A DNA stretch of 53,120 nucleotides, taken from Tubiluchus corallicola (Eukaryota > Animalia > Priapulida). Positions 1 to 10,809 of this stretch are shown here, piece by piece. The stretch is taken from the NCBI GenBank assembly GCA_030141605.1, contig JAQGDQ010001237.1, positions 1 to 53,120 on the forward strand. Direction: 5' to 3'. Position numbers and translations under genes: made by a program. Each line of letters begins with the position of its first letter. Within the stretch, counting starts at the first letter, position 1. The notes beneath the pieces are model-generated. The model was not told the DNA's origin. It ran no database searches and saw only the letters and a program-made list of their open reading frames with translations.

Positions 1-38
<38 letters not shown>
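1..38. repeat. (AG)n microsatellite
   Basis: Direct read; runs off the window start. Confidence 0.95.
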
Positions 39-41
<3 letters not shown>

Positions 42-1320
42 GCAGTATGTTCGCATAAAGCAAAAAAATGTTACCTTGGCGCGAGGCCCCACCTGGACGG
101 TGAGACCCCGGGGAAGTATCCCCACTTCCCCCCTGAAATAGGCCCTGTTTCTGCCACAGCCCTTGTGTTTCTCATTTTGTTAACGATTGCAGATTATGGT
201 AAACATTTCTGTGTTGGCAAAGAACCAAACAATTTATTTTCAATGCAAATCTGAAACACATAGGATGATGCTAAGATGACAATATATTCAAAAATTACCT
301 GTTGTATTGCTTAATGATGTATATTGTTACGGAGGCACCTGTGTCGGGTCAGGTGTAGGACCCTCTACACGCCCTGCTTCCACGTCATCAGCGACTCACC
401 CCTTTCTTGTAGGACCAGACGTCTTGTTTGGGCCTACACGTGGTGTGAGAAGCCAGCTGACCTGTAATGCCAGTATAAAAGCGTGTAGAGGTCACTACAG
501 CCTTGATTTCTGACACAGGTGCTCCTCGGGTGTAGTGCTGTTACTGAGTTAGTTAGTTATTTTTTCGTGCACGTGTATTTTGTTCCCTACACGCCCTGCT
601 TCCACGTCTATATACCAATATACCAAAAATACCATGATGTACACTATACAGCATACATGATGTACATAACTTTCATCTGTTTGCTTGTAATATGTGCTTC
701 TTACAGATATAACGCACCTTTGGGATCTAGCGAATCGTTGTAATGCTTATAAATAATTCAGAGAAAATATTAACTTGGTGTGTTGTAACTGTGAAAGGGA
801 GGGCCCAGGCCCCTTAGGTATGCCCCCAACATCCACCACTGAAATTAAATAAATGCTTTATTCTATGTTTTCACAAATCACCATAAATCAGTTTATGACA
901 GTAGTGCTTATTAATGGTAATTAACTTGAGCTAATCGGTACTCATTGGTTTGTATGTGTCCTATAGTAATAACACTTAGTTGTTCCTCTTTTCATTAATA
1001 TTTGTGCTTGTACTAATTGTAATTACGTAAATACACATGGCATGTTCACATTGTTATTATTACGCAAATAAAGTCTTCTTAAAAATACGGATTATAAGTC
1101 ATTACAAGCTTTTTCTGCAAGAAAAACGTCTCAGAATTTGGTGTGGAGCATTTGGAATAGTGAAGAAATCAAGTGTTGCAGAAGTTGTGCAGAACTTGAC
1201 TATTTAATGTTGACGATTTAATGACAGACAAACTACCTAGCCGAAGAGGGACAAGAAAGATAAGCATGAGGCGTGGGGGAAATATTTGGAAATTGGCATA
1301 CATTCGTGCAGTTAGAAGCA

Positions 1321-1623
1321 GCATAACCTAGCAGTTGACTGCAAAACCAAGCACTTATTTACATAGCCTAGCAGTTAATTACATAAACTAGCAGTTAACT
1401 ACATAACCTAGCAGTTAACTGCATAACCTAACAGTTAACTACAAAACCAAACACTTATTTACATAACCTAGCAGTTAATTACATAACCTAGCAGTTAATT
1501 ACATAACCTAGCAGTTAACTGCATAACCTAGCAGTTAACTGCATAACCTAGCAGTTAACTGCATAACCTAGCAGTTAACTGCATAACCTAGCAGTTAATT
1601 ACATAACCTAGCAGTTAACTGCA
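1321..1623. repeat. 20-bp minisatellite (GCATAACCTAGCAGTTAACT)
   Basis: About 15 tandem units, with occasional variant units (AAAACCAAACACTTATTT). Confidence 0.95.
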
Positions 1624-2189
1624 AACCCTCTGTACGTGGTTGAGGAGTCACAAACACAAAAATCTTTATGGTCGATGATTCTCTAGACATTAATCCTGTA
1701 GAAGTTCAGGTTTGGATTTGCGTAGAGAGAAACAGTCAGCGACCTAGAAGACGAGACAAGCCACAAGCATTTTTTCAGTGTGGTCACCCATCCATTCGTT
1801 TTTAGTGCCTGGATTACGTAACTTTGCTAAAAATAGTACCCATTACCGCTCAGCTTTTTTCTTTGCCCTCATTTGGAAAAGCGTTGTGTGTGTAAAGTCG
1901 ATGAAGCGTCGACAAAGACCTCATGTTATATGTACATATAAAATAAATAAGTTAAATAAATAAATAATTTTTTAAATAAAATAAATTTAAATAAATTTTA
2001 TATTTCTCTCTTTGTGTAATCAAACCATTCGTGTACTTTTTTCGATGAATTCACATTTTCCCTTTTTTATGTCATACATTTGCGCTTTAAACATTCTTCC
2101 AACTTTGTCTTTATTATGTAATTTGGCAAATTAATTCATAGGAAAGTTGATTCACTTTGCATGAAAGATTATTTAGCTTTCATAATAGA

Positions 2190-2645
2190 AAATTATTCAT
2201 CATTATTCATGTCATGTATCACTCATTTAGGATTTACATTGAAAATTATTCATCATCATTATTCATGTCATGATTGACTCATTTAGGATTTACAATGGAA
2301 ATTATTCATCATCATTATTCATGTCATGTATCACTCATTTAGGATTTACATTGAAAATTATTCATCATCATTATTCATGTCATGTATCACTCATTTAGGA
2401 TTTACAATGGAAATTATTCATCATCATTATTCATGTCATGTATCACTCATTTAGGATTTACATTGAAAATTATTCATCATCATTATTCATGTCATGTATC
2501 ACTCATTTAGGATTTACATTGAAAATTATTCATCATCATTATTCATGTCATGTAGCACTCATTTAGGATTTACAATGGAAATTATTCATCATCATTATTC
2601 ATGTCATGTATCACTCATTTAGGATTTACAATGGAAATTATTCAC
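2190..2645. repeat. 56-bp tandem repeat
   Basis: Unit ATTATTCATCATCATTATTCATGTCATGTATCACTCATTTAGGATTTACA(T/A)TG(A/G)AA recurs at 2301, 2357 etc.; about 8 copies. Confidence 0.95.
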
Positions 2646-2795
2646 TTTCAATGAAAATCCTAAATGAGTGAATGAATGAGAAGCTGAATGAGTGCTGGGT
2701 GAAGAAAATGACAGATGAACAAAAATCTCTTGATATGCAAGAGATGACTAATGCAAAATTTCTTTTTGCAGTTCTAAGTGCATTCTTTATTTCAG

Positions 2796-2924
2796 GTTGC
2801 ACCGATAAAAATGAATACTGTGACTACTGGTATAGCAAGGGAGAATGCACAAAGAATCCTGCCTACATGTTGGAAAATTGCCAAAAATCTTGCAGGGTGT
2901 GTGGTGGTGACATAGACGAAAATG
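2796..2924 (+). CDS. ShK-domain protein, exon A (ShK domain 1)
   Basis: TTTCAG acceptor, GTAACG donor; 129 nt, phase 1-1; encodes CTDKNEYCDYWYSKGECTKNPAYMLENCQKSCRVC (ShKT cysteine spacing). Confidence 0.85.
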
Positions 2925-3170
2925 GTAACGAGGTTGATGTTCAATTACAGTTAAGATTATTCCAGTAATAAAAAGATTACAGTGGCGTCAAATAATTATG
3001 GAATCTGCTACCAAATTGATCCAAAACCGATCATTAATTTATCTTGGTTAAAACTCTTTTTGAACTTGACATCATAACAGAGACTGAAGCTTACAGATAT
3101 CATGCAGATCTTTGCAGTTCTCACAGAATAGTGGAATTTGGTTTCTCAATCTCATATTTTCTTATTTCAG

Positions 3171-3284
3171 TGTGTAAAGATGATGATGATCATTGCCAGT
3201 ATTGGGCGGACACAGACGAATGTGTGAAAAATCCTGATTACATGTTATCCTATTGTAGAAAAGCTTGCAAGATATGTACTAGTA
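3171..3284 (+). CDS. ShK-domain protein, exon B (ShK domain 2)
   Basis: TTTCAG acceptor, GTGAGT donor; 114 nt, phase 1-1; CKDDDDHCQYWADTDECVKNPDYMLSYCRKACKIC. Confidence 0.9.
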
Positions 3285-3361
3285 GTGAGTATACAGTGCA
3301 ACGCTTAGACTTTATACGACTTAATTCAATTGAGTTTACAATTCCACACACAATTTAAATA

Positions 3362-4115
3362 CTCCAATCCTAATCCTAACATTAATCATTACCATAACAC
3401 TAACACAAACCCCAAACCCTAAACCAAACGTTAACTCTAACATTAACCCTAATCCTAGCCCCAACCCTAACTCGAACACAAACCCTACCCTAACCCTAAC
3501 CCTAACCCAAACCCAAACCCAAGCCTAACATTAACCCTAGTCCAAGCCCCAAACCAAATCCTAACTCGAATACAAACCCTACTCCCTAATAACCCCCAAA
3601 AGCCTAACATTAACCAATCCTACCAAACCAACACAAACCCTAACCGTAACCCAAACCCAAGCCTAACCTTAACCCTAATCCTAGCCACAAACCCAACACA
3701 AACCCTACCCTAACCCTAACTCGAACACAAACCCTACCCTAACCGTAACCCCAACCCAACACAAGCCTAACCTTAACCCACTCCTAGCCCCAAACCCAAC
3801 ACAAACCCTACCCTAGTCCTTACCCAAACCCAAGCCTAACCTTAACCCTAATCCTAGCACCAAACCCAACACAAACCCTACCCTAACCGTAACCCCAACC
3901 CAACACAAGCCTAACCTTAACCCACTCCTAGCCCCAAACCCAACACAAACCCTACCCTAGTCCTTACCCAAACCCAAGCCTAACCTTAACCCTAATCCTA
4001 GCACCAAACCCAACACAAACCCTACCTAACCCTAACCCTAACCCAAACCCAAGCCTAACCTTAACCCTAATCCTAGCCCCAAGCCCAACACAAACCCTAC
4101 CCTAACCCTAACCCA
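3362..4115. repeat. Degenerate interstitial telomere-like (CCCTAA)n tract
   Basis: Hexamer variants of CCCTAA, with a 144-bp higher-order duplication (AACCGTAACC at 3741 and 3885). Confidence 0.85.
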
Positions 4116-4297
4116 CGTTATTCTAAAGCCAGTGCTAGTAGATCTACCGCGGTTTGTCTTACGTATGGCAGTTCAACTTGCACTCTATATACGTCAAAAG
4201 CTTGAAGCTCATGTTACGAAGAATCTTAATATTATAGTTAAAAAGAACGCAACTTATTAAAAAGTTTTACATTAAAAAGTTAAAAGTTAAAATCATT

Positions 4298-4336
4298 CCA
4301 AACGTTTCGTCTAGCTGCTGCTGTCATCATCAGTGG
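4298..4336 (-). ncRNA. Minimal type-I hammerhead ribozyme-like motif (Penelope-type)
   Basis: Minus strand reads CCA-CTGATGA-TGACAGCAGCAGCTAGAC-GAA-ACGT-T-TGG: both catalytic boxes, palindromic ACGT stem III, CCA/TGG stem I; stem II imperfect. Confidence 0.55.
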
Positions 4337-4426
4337 TAAATTTACAAACCTACAACCAGTTTATATAGGCAGAGCCTCTTATGCACTAATTAAGTAGTTA
4401 ACAGAAGCCAAATAGGTAATGAATAA

Positions 4427-4883
4427 GTTGTTGTTGTTGGCATCCTTCTGTCTCGGAAGAGAATGGAATGTGCGCCAAGAGAGTCCGATCCTTGAACGTC
4501 TCCAGGGTGCACGCCTGGGCAAGGTGTATGGACAACCTGAGCTGGTGTCGTCCAAAGGAAAGCGGAGCGATACGTTTGGCACCAGGTCGGCTGCAGGAGC
4601 TGCCGGAGTCAGTGAGCATGCTGCACTGGTCTGCCTTCGGGGCTCCACTCCTGATTTGGAAGGTTTACTCCTCTACACATGGCCGTTGGGTCATTTGACC
4701 TCCTCGGCCCTCTAGCCATTGGCTGCTTGTGCAGCTCCTCCGCCTAGTGTCGAGATACAGTGTGGGCATCCCGCAAGCCTACAGCACCTGGTATTCTTAG
4801 GCGGTCACCCATCCAAGCACTAACCAGGTTCTACGTTGCTTAACTTCGGTGATCAGACGATAACAGGTGTTTTCAACGTGATT
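4427..4883 (-). mobile_element. 5S rRNA-derived SINE (SINE3-type) with RTE-like body and (CAA)n tail
   Basis: 5S head at 4775-4881, GC-rich body, 3' end ...GAGACAGAAGGATGC(CAA)n, and a perfect 10-bp TSD TAATGAATAA (4417-4426 and 4884-4893). Confidence 0.8.
4775..4881 (-). pseudogene. 5S rRNA-derived sequence, 5'-truncated (SINE head)
   Basis: Reverse complement CACGTTGAAAACACCTGTTATCGTCTGATCACCGAAGTTAAGCAACGTAGAACCTGGTTAGTGCTTGGATGGGTGACCGCCTAAGAATACCAGGTGCTGTAGGCTT matches the metazoan 5S pattern; about 12 nt missing at the 5' end; no T4 terminator. Confidence 0.9.
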
Positions 4884-5192
4884 TAATGAATAAACAGACC
4901 TGAAGAAAAGAAATTCATACAGTAACAAATAGCAAAGTATTTGAAAATAAAGTTTAAGGAATTGAACTGCTTTGTACATTAAGAAAAGGTTTATTAGGGC
5001 ACATAGATAAACTTTCTTTTATTAATAAGTCCCAGTTATTTGTAGCTCTGGTCACAATGCCGAAATTATTAAATTTAGCTTTGTAGCCGAAGGCACAAAG
5101 GTGGTCATTAATGCTGGATTGAGGAGAATGTTTTAATTTTTTACCACTTCTAGTCGAAATGTCCAAATGTTTATCTTTGGTTTTCGTTGCAG

Positions 5193-5315
5193 ACGAGCTA
5201 GACGCATGCGTGGACAACAATGAGAACTGCATGTACTGGGCTGGAGTTGGAGAATGTGAGAAAAATCCTGATTACATGCTGTACCAGTGTAAGCAGTCGT
5301 GCAAGGTTTGTCCAG
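5193..5315 (+). CDS. ShK-domain protein, exon C (ShK domain 3)
   Basis: TTGCAG acceptor, GTAAGT donor; 123 nt, phase 1-1; ELDACVDNNENCMYWAGVGECEKNPDYMLYQCKQSCKVCP (hand-translated; absent from the ORF track). Confidence 0.9.
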
Positions 5316-5750
5316 GTAAGTTTGCTATGTAATTACATACTTGGCATTTTTATCATTATAGTGTCTTTAAACTGGGAACAACTTGGCTTCAATACAGCAT
5401 TTGTAGAGCTGCAGAAGACCAACCCACTCACCAACCTGCTCACCAGTTAAATGGCCAACCAGTCGACCAACCCACCAACCAATCAACCTACCCACACACC
5501 TACGTTCCAGCCTACTTACCTACCTACCTGCCAATCAACAAGCAATCAAACAAACGTATCACCTAGAAACAGTCAACAATAGATCTAGGATTCTTCTTAT
5601 TATATTCTAGGATGTTAGTATATTTTTTGTATCAGCCATAACACTCGTGGCGTGAAGATTAAGTGACTCACAGTCATTTTAAAGATTATGTTCACATACC
5701 GGTACTATACATGTCGAGCGAGGTTTTGCCCAAGACCATAACTATTCTAG

Positions 5751-5809
5751 GTGATACAGAAAGCGTCTGCATGGATGATAATAGATACTGTTCATACTGG
5801 TCGTTTTGA
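5751..5809 (+). pseudogene. Truncated duplicate of the terminal ShK exon (copy 1)
   Basis: CTAG acceptor then DTESVCMDDNRYCSYWSF*; matches the first half of exon 6333-6457. Confidence 0.7.
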
Positions 5810-6038
5810 CAATTAAGTAACAGATTAGATATAATTAACGGTAGGCGAGCCTAACTAGTGGATGACATCACAAACGAACATAATTTTCTGCAAAAGCGAA
5901 AATTGAAGTACAGTGCTAGATGTTTAATGTGTTGCACTAAAACTCGGCAAGTTTTAAGATGAAAATTCAAACCCTTGAGCTGTCGAACGTGTGTAGATCG
6001 TCAGAAACTAACACACCTGAACTGATATTTGTTTCTAG

Positions 6039-6097
6039 GCGATACAGAAAGCATGTACATAGATCATAATAGATACTGTTCATACTGGTCGTTTTGA
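6039..6097 (+). pseudogene. Truncated duplicate of the terminal ShK exon (copy 2)
   Basis: TTTCTAG acceptor then DTESMYIDHNRYCSYWSF*; first cysteine lost. Confidence 0.7.
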
Positions 6098-6332
6098 TAA
6101 TTAAGTAACAGAGTAGATTTAATTAACGGTAGGCGAGCCTAACTAGTTGATGGCATCACAAACGAACATAATTTTCTGCAAAAGCCAAAATTGAAGTATA
6201 GTGCTGCTGTAAGATGTTCAATGTGTTGCACTGAAACTCGCCAAGTTTTTAGATAAAAATTCAAACCCTCGAGCTGTCGAACGTGTGTAGTTCGTCACAA
6301 ACTAACACACCTGAACTGATATTTGTTTCTAG

Positions 6333-6457
6333 GCGATACAGAGAGCGTGTGCATGGACGATAATAGATACTGTTCATACTGGTCAGGGATAGGTGAATGT
6401 GAAAAGAATCCTAGTTACATGCTGAACTATTGCAAGATGTCATGTGGAACGTGTTGA
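6333..6457 (+). CDS. ShK-domain protein, terminal exon (ShK domain 4)
   Basis: TTTCTAG acceptor, phase 1; DTESVCMDDNRYCSYWSGIGECEKNPSYMLNYCKMSCGTC followed by TGA. Confidence 0.9.
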
Positions 6458-6779
6458 CGGAATGATATCGTCTCACAGTGACTTGTGTGGAACGCTGTCC
6501 TTAATTTAAGTACGTGTCCTTTACACTTAGAAACTACAGCATTTTACACTGACAAATCAAGTGTGACATTGAACTAACACTGGGTCAGGTATCATTCATA
6601 TCCGTCCCCATAATCAGTGCAAAGATTGTGTTTGTTGATACATGTATTAATGTATTATTATATGTATTATTAATGTATTATACATGTATTATTTTCTAAT
6701 TAAATTTGTTAGTCTAGCACCTAATCTGGATTTCGTATTGTTATACACTCACTATGGCTCTTTCTTTTGGAATATTTTA

Positions 6780-7483
6780 CGGTCAAACCTCGTTATAACG
6801 CTCGACCCCCCCCCCCCAACTTTAAAATGCCAACTTCGCTTAAAGGAAAACAGGACAATTATGTAAACATTAGTTCAGTATAAGGAATGCTCTAAAATAT
6901 TGAAAACTACAATAGCTTATTTTAAATCAAAACTTAGATTAAATAATAATTACCTCGGATACTCAAATTTTGTGAAACTTGCAAAGCTACGCGCAGCTCA
7001 GTGAATCTACTAAGATTGGCAGCGGCGCATTTTTGTCACATTCGTGTGGCGGACAAATAGAAGGCGGTACCATGATAACCATAATTGTGAACTGCAGTCA
7101 TTATGATGTAAAGCTCATTTCCGTGACATCATGCGTTTAAGCAGTACTGTAACACCTATGCAAATGTGTTTGACGCGCATGCGAAGACGCCTGCCTTTGC
7201 ACAAACTGTGGTTAGTTTCTGACGTAACCAATAACCGTTGTCGTTAATAACTTTCTAAGCTAATTATTCAAATATAAGAAACAATTGTTAACTTTTGTAG
7301 GCAAGAAAATGTATATTTTGGACAGTAAATTAAAATGAGATTAAACAATCGTCCGGTCTTCCTTTAACGCCAAACTCTGAGCAAAACAAAATGTCTATTT
7401 GTCAACGTACGTTATGTATTAACGCACCTCATTGTGGAGACGCCAAAGCTGTTCCAAGGTAGGCGTATAAAGAGGTTTGATTG
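6780..7483. mobile_element. Tc1/pogo-like MITE interrupted by a nested element
   Basis: Imperfect TIRs CGGTCAAACCTCGTTATAACGC and GCGTATAAAGAGGTTTGATTG; TA on the left flank. Confidence 0.6.
6844..7363. mobile_element. TTAA-targeting non-autonomous DNA transposon (Kolobok-like)
   Basis: TIRs AGGAAAACAGGACAATT and AATCGTCCGGTCTTCCT, with TTAA on both sides (6840-6843, 7364-7367). Confidence 0.7.
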
Positions 7484-9392
7484 CAGGTGCACTTGCAAAA
7501 GTTGTAATGTGATGTTGTAGACACGTTAACATAGTAATCTATGTAATTCATCACAAAGGCTTTTATGCAGGTAAAGCCTAAACGTGTAAATAAAATCATT
7601 TTTTGAATGCAGTAGATTCTCTGTTATACGTTTTTATTTGCAAGAAACACCACATCTCCAGGAACGGGGAAATTACCAAAGAAGTGTATATGATGTAGTC
7701 AAAAAATAAGCAAAAAATGAAAAAACAAAGCGTAGCTGTTGAATGTTTTGTGAAAAGGTACAAGCTTTGTTGGAGAGTTTAAAGGAAAAGTCAAGCTTTT
7801 CTGGGAAGTTAGGCTTATTTTAGTGTTTGTGAAAAATGTTAGAAGAATTTACTAATAAGAGTACCTTAAGTCTCTCGTGTAATCTATAAAGTCACTTTTA
7901 AGTCTTTATTGTGCTGAAAGAAACTACGCACTAGTTTTGTTAACATAATGGCGCATTCATTTCGGATTTAAAAATTTGCTGCATCGTGGAACTAATTTTC
8001 AAAATAAAATATCGCAAAGCTGGGCGAATACAGACAATGGTTTTTAAGTTAAAAAAACAACGTACGATTATTTTATCACAAGAACAAAACCTTCAAAAGA
8101 TAGATTGAAATGTGGCTATGTTAAACACAATTTAGAATAAGAACTAACAACAATGTTATTGCCGTTTGAATATAAAAATTGTTCAGATTCAGCATGTTTT
8201 ATGGTATACTCATAGCAACAATAATAATAATTGCAGCGGCAGTATTAGCTTATTATTGTACTATTAGATGGAAGAGAAAGCACGTGTTTTGGGTGCATAA
8301 CATTTTGCAGTGGAGAGAATAATGTGACAGGTATGATCATTTAGTGAAAGAACTGCTGTTAGATGCACAACACATAACTACATGCTTCTTCCACCTCTCA
8401 GAAACTCAAATAGAAAAAATTATTGTTGCTTATAAGCCCCAAAGTGACCAAAGCTCACCTAACTAGAGTTTTCAGAAAGCTAAGCAGCGAAAATTGTCAA
8501 CGGAAGCATGAAAACTCGCTATAATCACCTAGGCAACGGTGGTTTCCCGTATTGCTGCGTGATGCGTATTCGAACCACAGCGATCACGTTCGAATGAATA
8601 CGGATCACGCACTACGCACACGTGGAAACACCTGTACACGTTTAACAAACCTTTGTATACGCATTACGCATCATGCGTGACGTACGCATGGGGTCGTGCC
8701 ATTATGCAAAACTGAAAGAACTCATATTTACATGTTTACGCTAGTTTACTCTAGTTAAAAAGTAAATAAAAAGAATTGTCAAAGCCCCATTTTTACTCTT
8801 GTGCGAGCTTACTGACATAAGAGAGAAATTTACAAAGAGAATTTGAAATCAATCTTTCGAGACACCCTATATTCAAAACGTATATACGTAGGCCCTATAT
8901 ATAATTTTTGATTGTAAAACCGAACTCGCAACTAATTCCTAAACAGGAAATGCATAAACATGAACACGAATTTCTCAGTGAGTTTAAAAATATCACCACA
9001 ACCACTGCTAATTCAGCAGAAAATATGAGTCAGTAACCATTTTTCATGAAGTTCATTATGCTTTGGCAAGGTGTAATGTCATTCACTAACGCCTGGGCAG
9101 TAAAAAGGCAATAAACCAACAGCAAATGCACAGTTCAAACTCGCAGGTTATTAAAATTCAGAAAGTATTCATAGAGCTAAGCGTATGGATATTAAAAACT
9201 GCTACAGTAGAATAACGTCAGTCTGTAAGGCAGTCATTCCAGCAGTTTATGTCTTCAACAGCTAAGTGTCTGCTGTATGGGCTTGTTACCAGCAGTAAAA
9301 CAACATTGAACCTGACTATAAATGGGTTGAGTGTTGCTTCTGGCCAGTTTAGCCTGCCTCTAGCTATTTCAATCGTTGAGGATATTAAAGCA

Positions 9393-9805
<413 letters not shown>

Positions 9806-9841
9806 AAAGACAGTTTGCAATTCTGGCATTCATTTTTAATA

Positions 9842-10298
9842 CAGTCAACCTCGGATATAAGGGACACCGTGGGACCAGAAAAAAAAACGTCCCTTATAGC
9901 CGAAGCTGGGTCAGACCGAGGGTATATCTAGACCTGTACTTTTACCCATATTTTTAAGGATAATTGTCGTATAATCAGTGCAAACGGTATGTAGGAAGCT
10001 CCTTCAGTGATGCGAGACGTATGTGACCGTGGAAATCGAGTGTTGAAGGCAGACTTTGCGAAAAATTGAGATTAAAAATCGATCAATTTTGCTTCGATCA
10101 TAGGGTCCCTTATATGCGAGGTAATTTACCTGGGTTTCTATTACGCGGGACCTGAAGATATCGTCCCTTATAACCGAAAGTCCCTTATATCCGAGTACCT
10201 TATATACGAAGATTTTTACATAGGAAAAACGTTACGAAAAATCGGGACCGGTGTTGGTGGTCCGTTATAAGCGAGTACCTTATACCCGATGTTGACTA
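9842..10298. mobile_element. Tc1/pogo-like MITE
   Basis: TIRs CAGTCAACCTCGGATATAAGG and CCTTATACCCGATGTTGACTA; TA TSD; internal CCTTATA..CGA repeats. Confidence 0.85.
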
Positions 10299-10723
10299 TA
10301 TTTTCAACGACAATTTTGTGTCCCTTTTCTTTTCAATGTTCAGTGAACATACATGTCAAAAATCTCAGTTGTTTCTTTTTGGTTTACTGGCAGACAACTC
10401 TATACAGCCGTTCATTTCGCCGTGAAGTTGTTCTCATTCACGTAATACAAAATTTATTCATTGTGAGTTAAACAATGCTAAGTAGTGTTTGACTCTATAG
10501 CAAATGCAAATGTGTATCTATAATCAGCTAACAGCCGCTTACTATAATCATTTCAGCAGATGTTTTTTCATCGTCTGAAATAGCCTAAAAAAATAAGGGG
10601 GAGGGGGAGGGAGGGAGGGAGTGAGAGAGAAAGAGCAAGGGAAGGGAGGGAGGGAGGTAGAGAGAGGGGGCAGGGTAGGGGGAACCAGTCTAATCCTATT
10701 GACTTGTTATGCTTCAAACACTA

Positions 10724-10809
10724 CAGTCTAACCTCGTTATCTCGCCATACTCGCCTTTCGCCATAAATTTGCCCTAGACGGACAGTGGCGAGATAACGAG
10801 GTTAGACTG
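10724..10809. mobile_element. 86-bp miniature Tc1/pogo-like MITE
   Basis: Perfect 24-bp TIR CAGTCTAACCTCGTTATCTCGCCA; TA TSD. Confidence 0.9.

Noticed and set aside
4379-4715. Four overlapping short ORFs
   Set aside because: They arise from the GC-rich SINE body and contain no recognisable domain.
4775-4881. Functional 5S rRNA gene
   Set aside because: The 5' end is missing, there is no oligo-T terminator, and it is embedded in a TSD-flanked retroposed unit.
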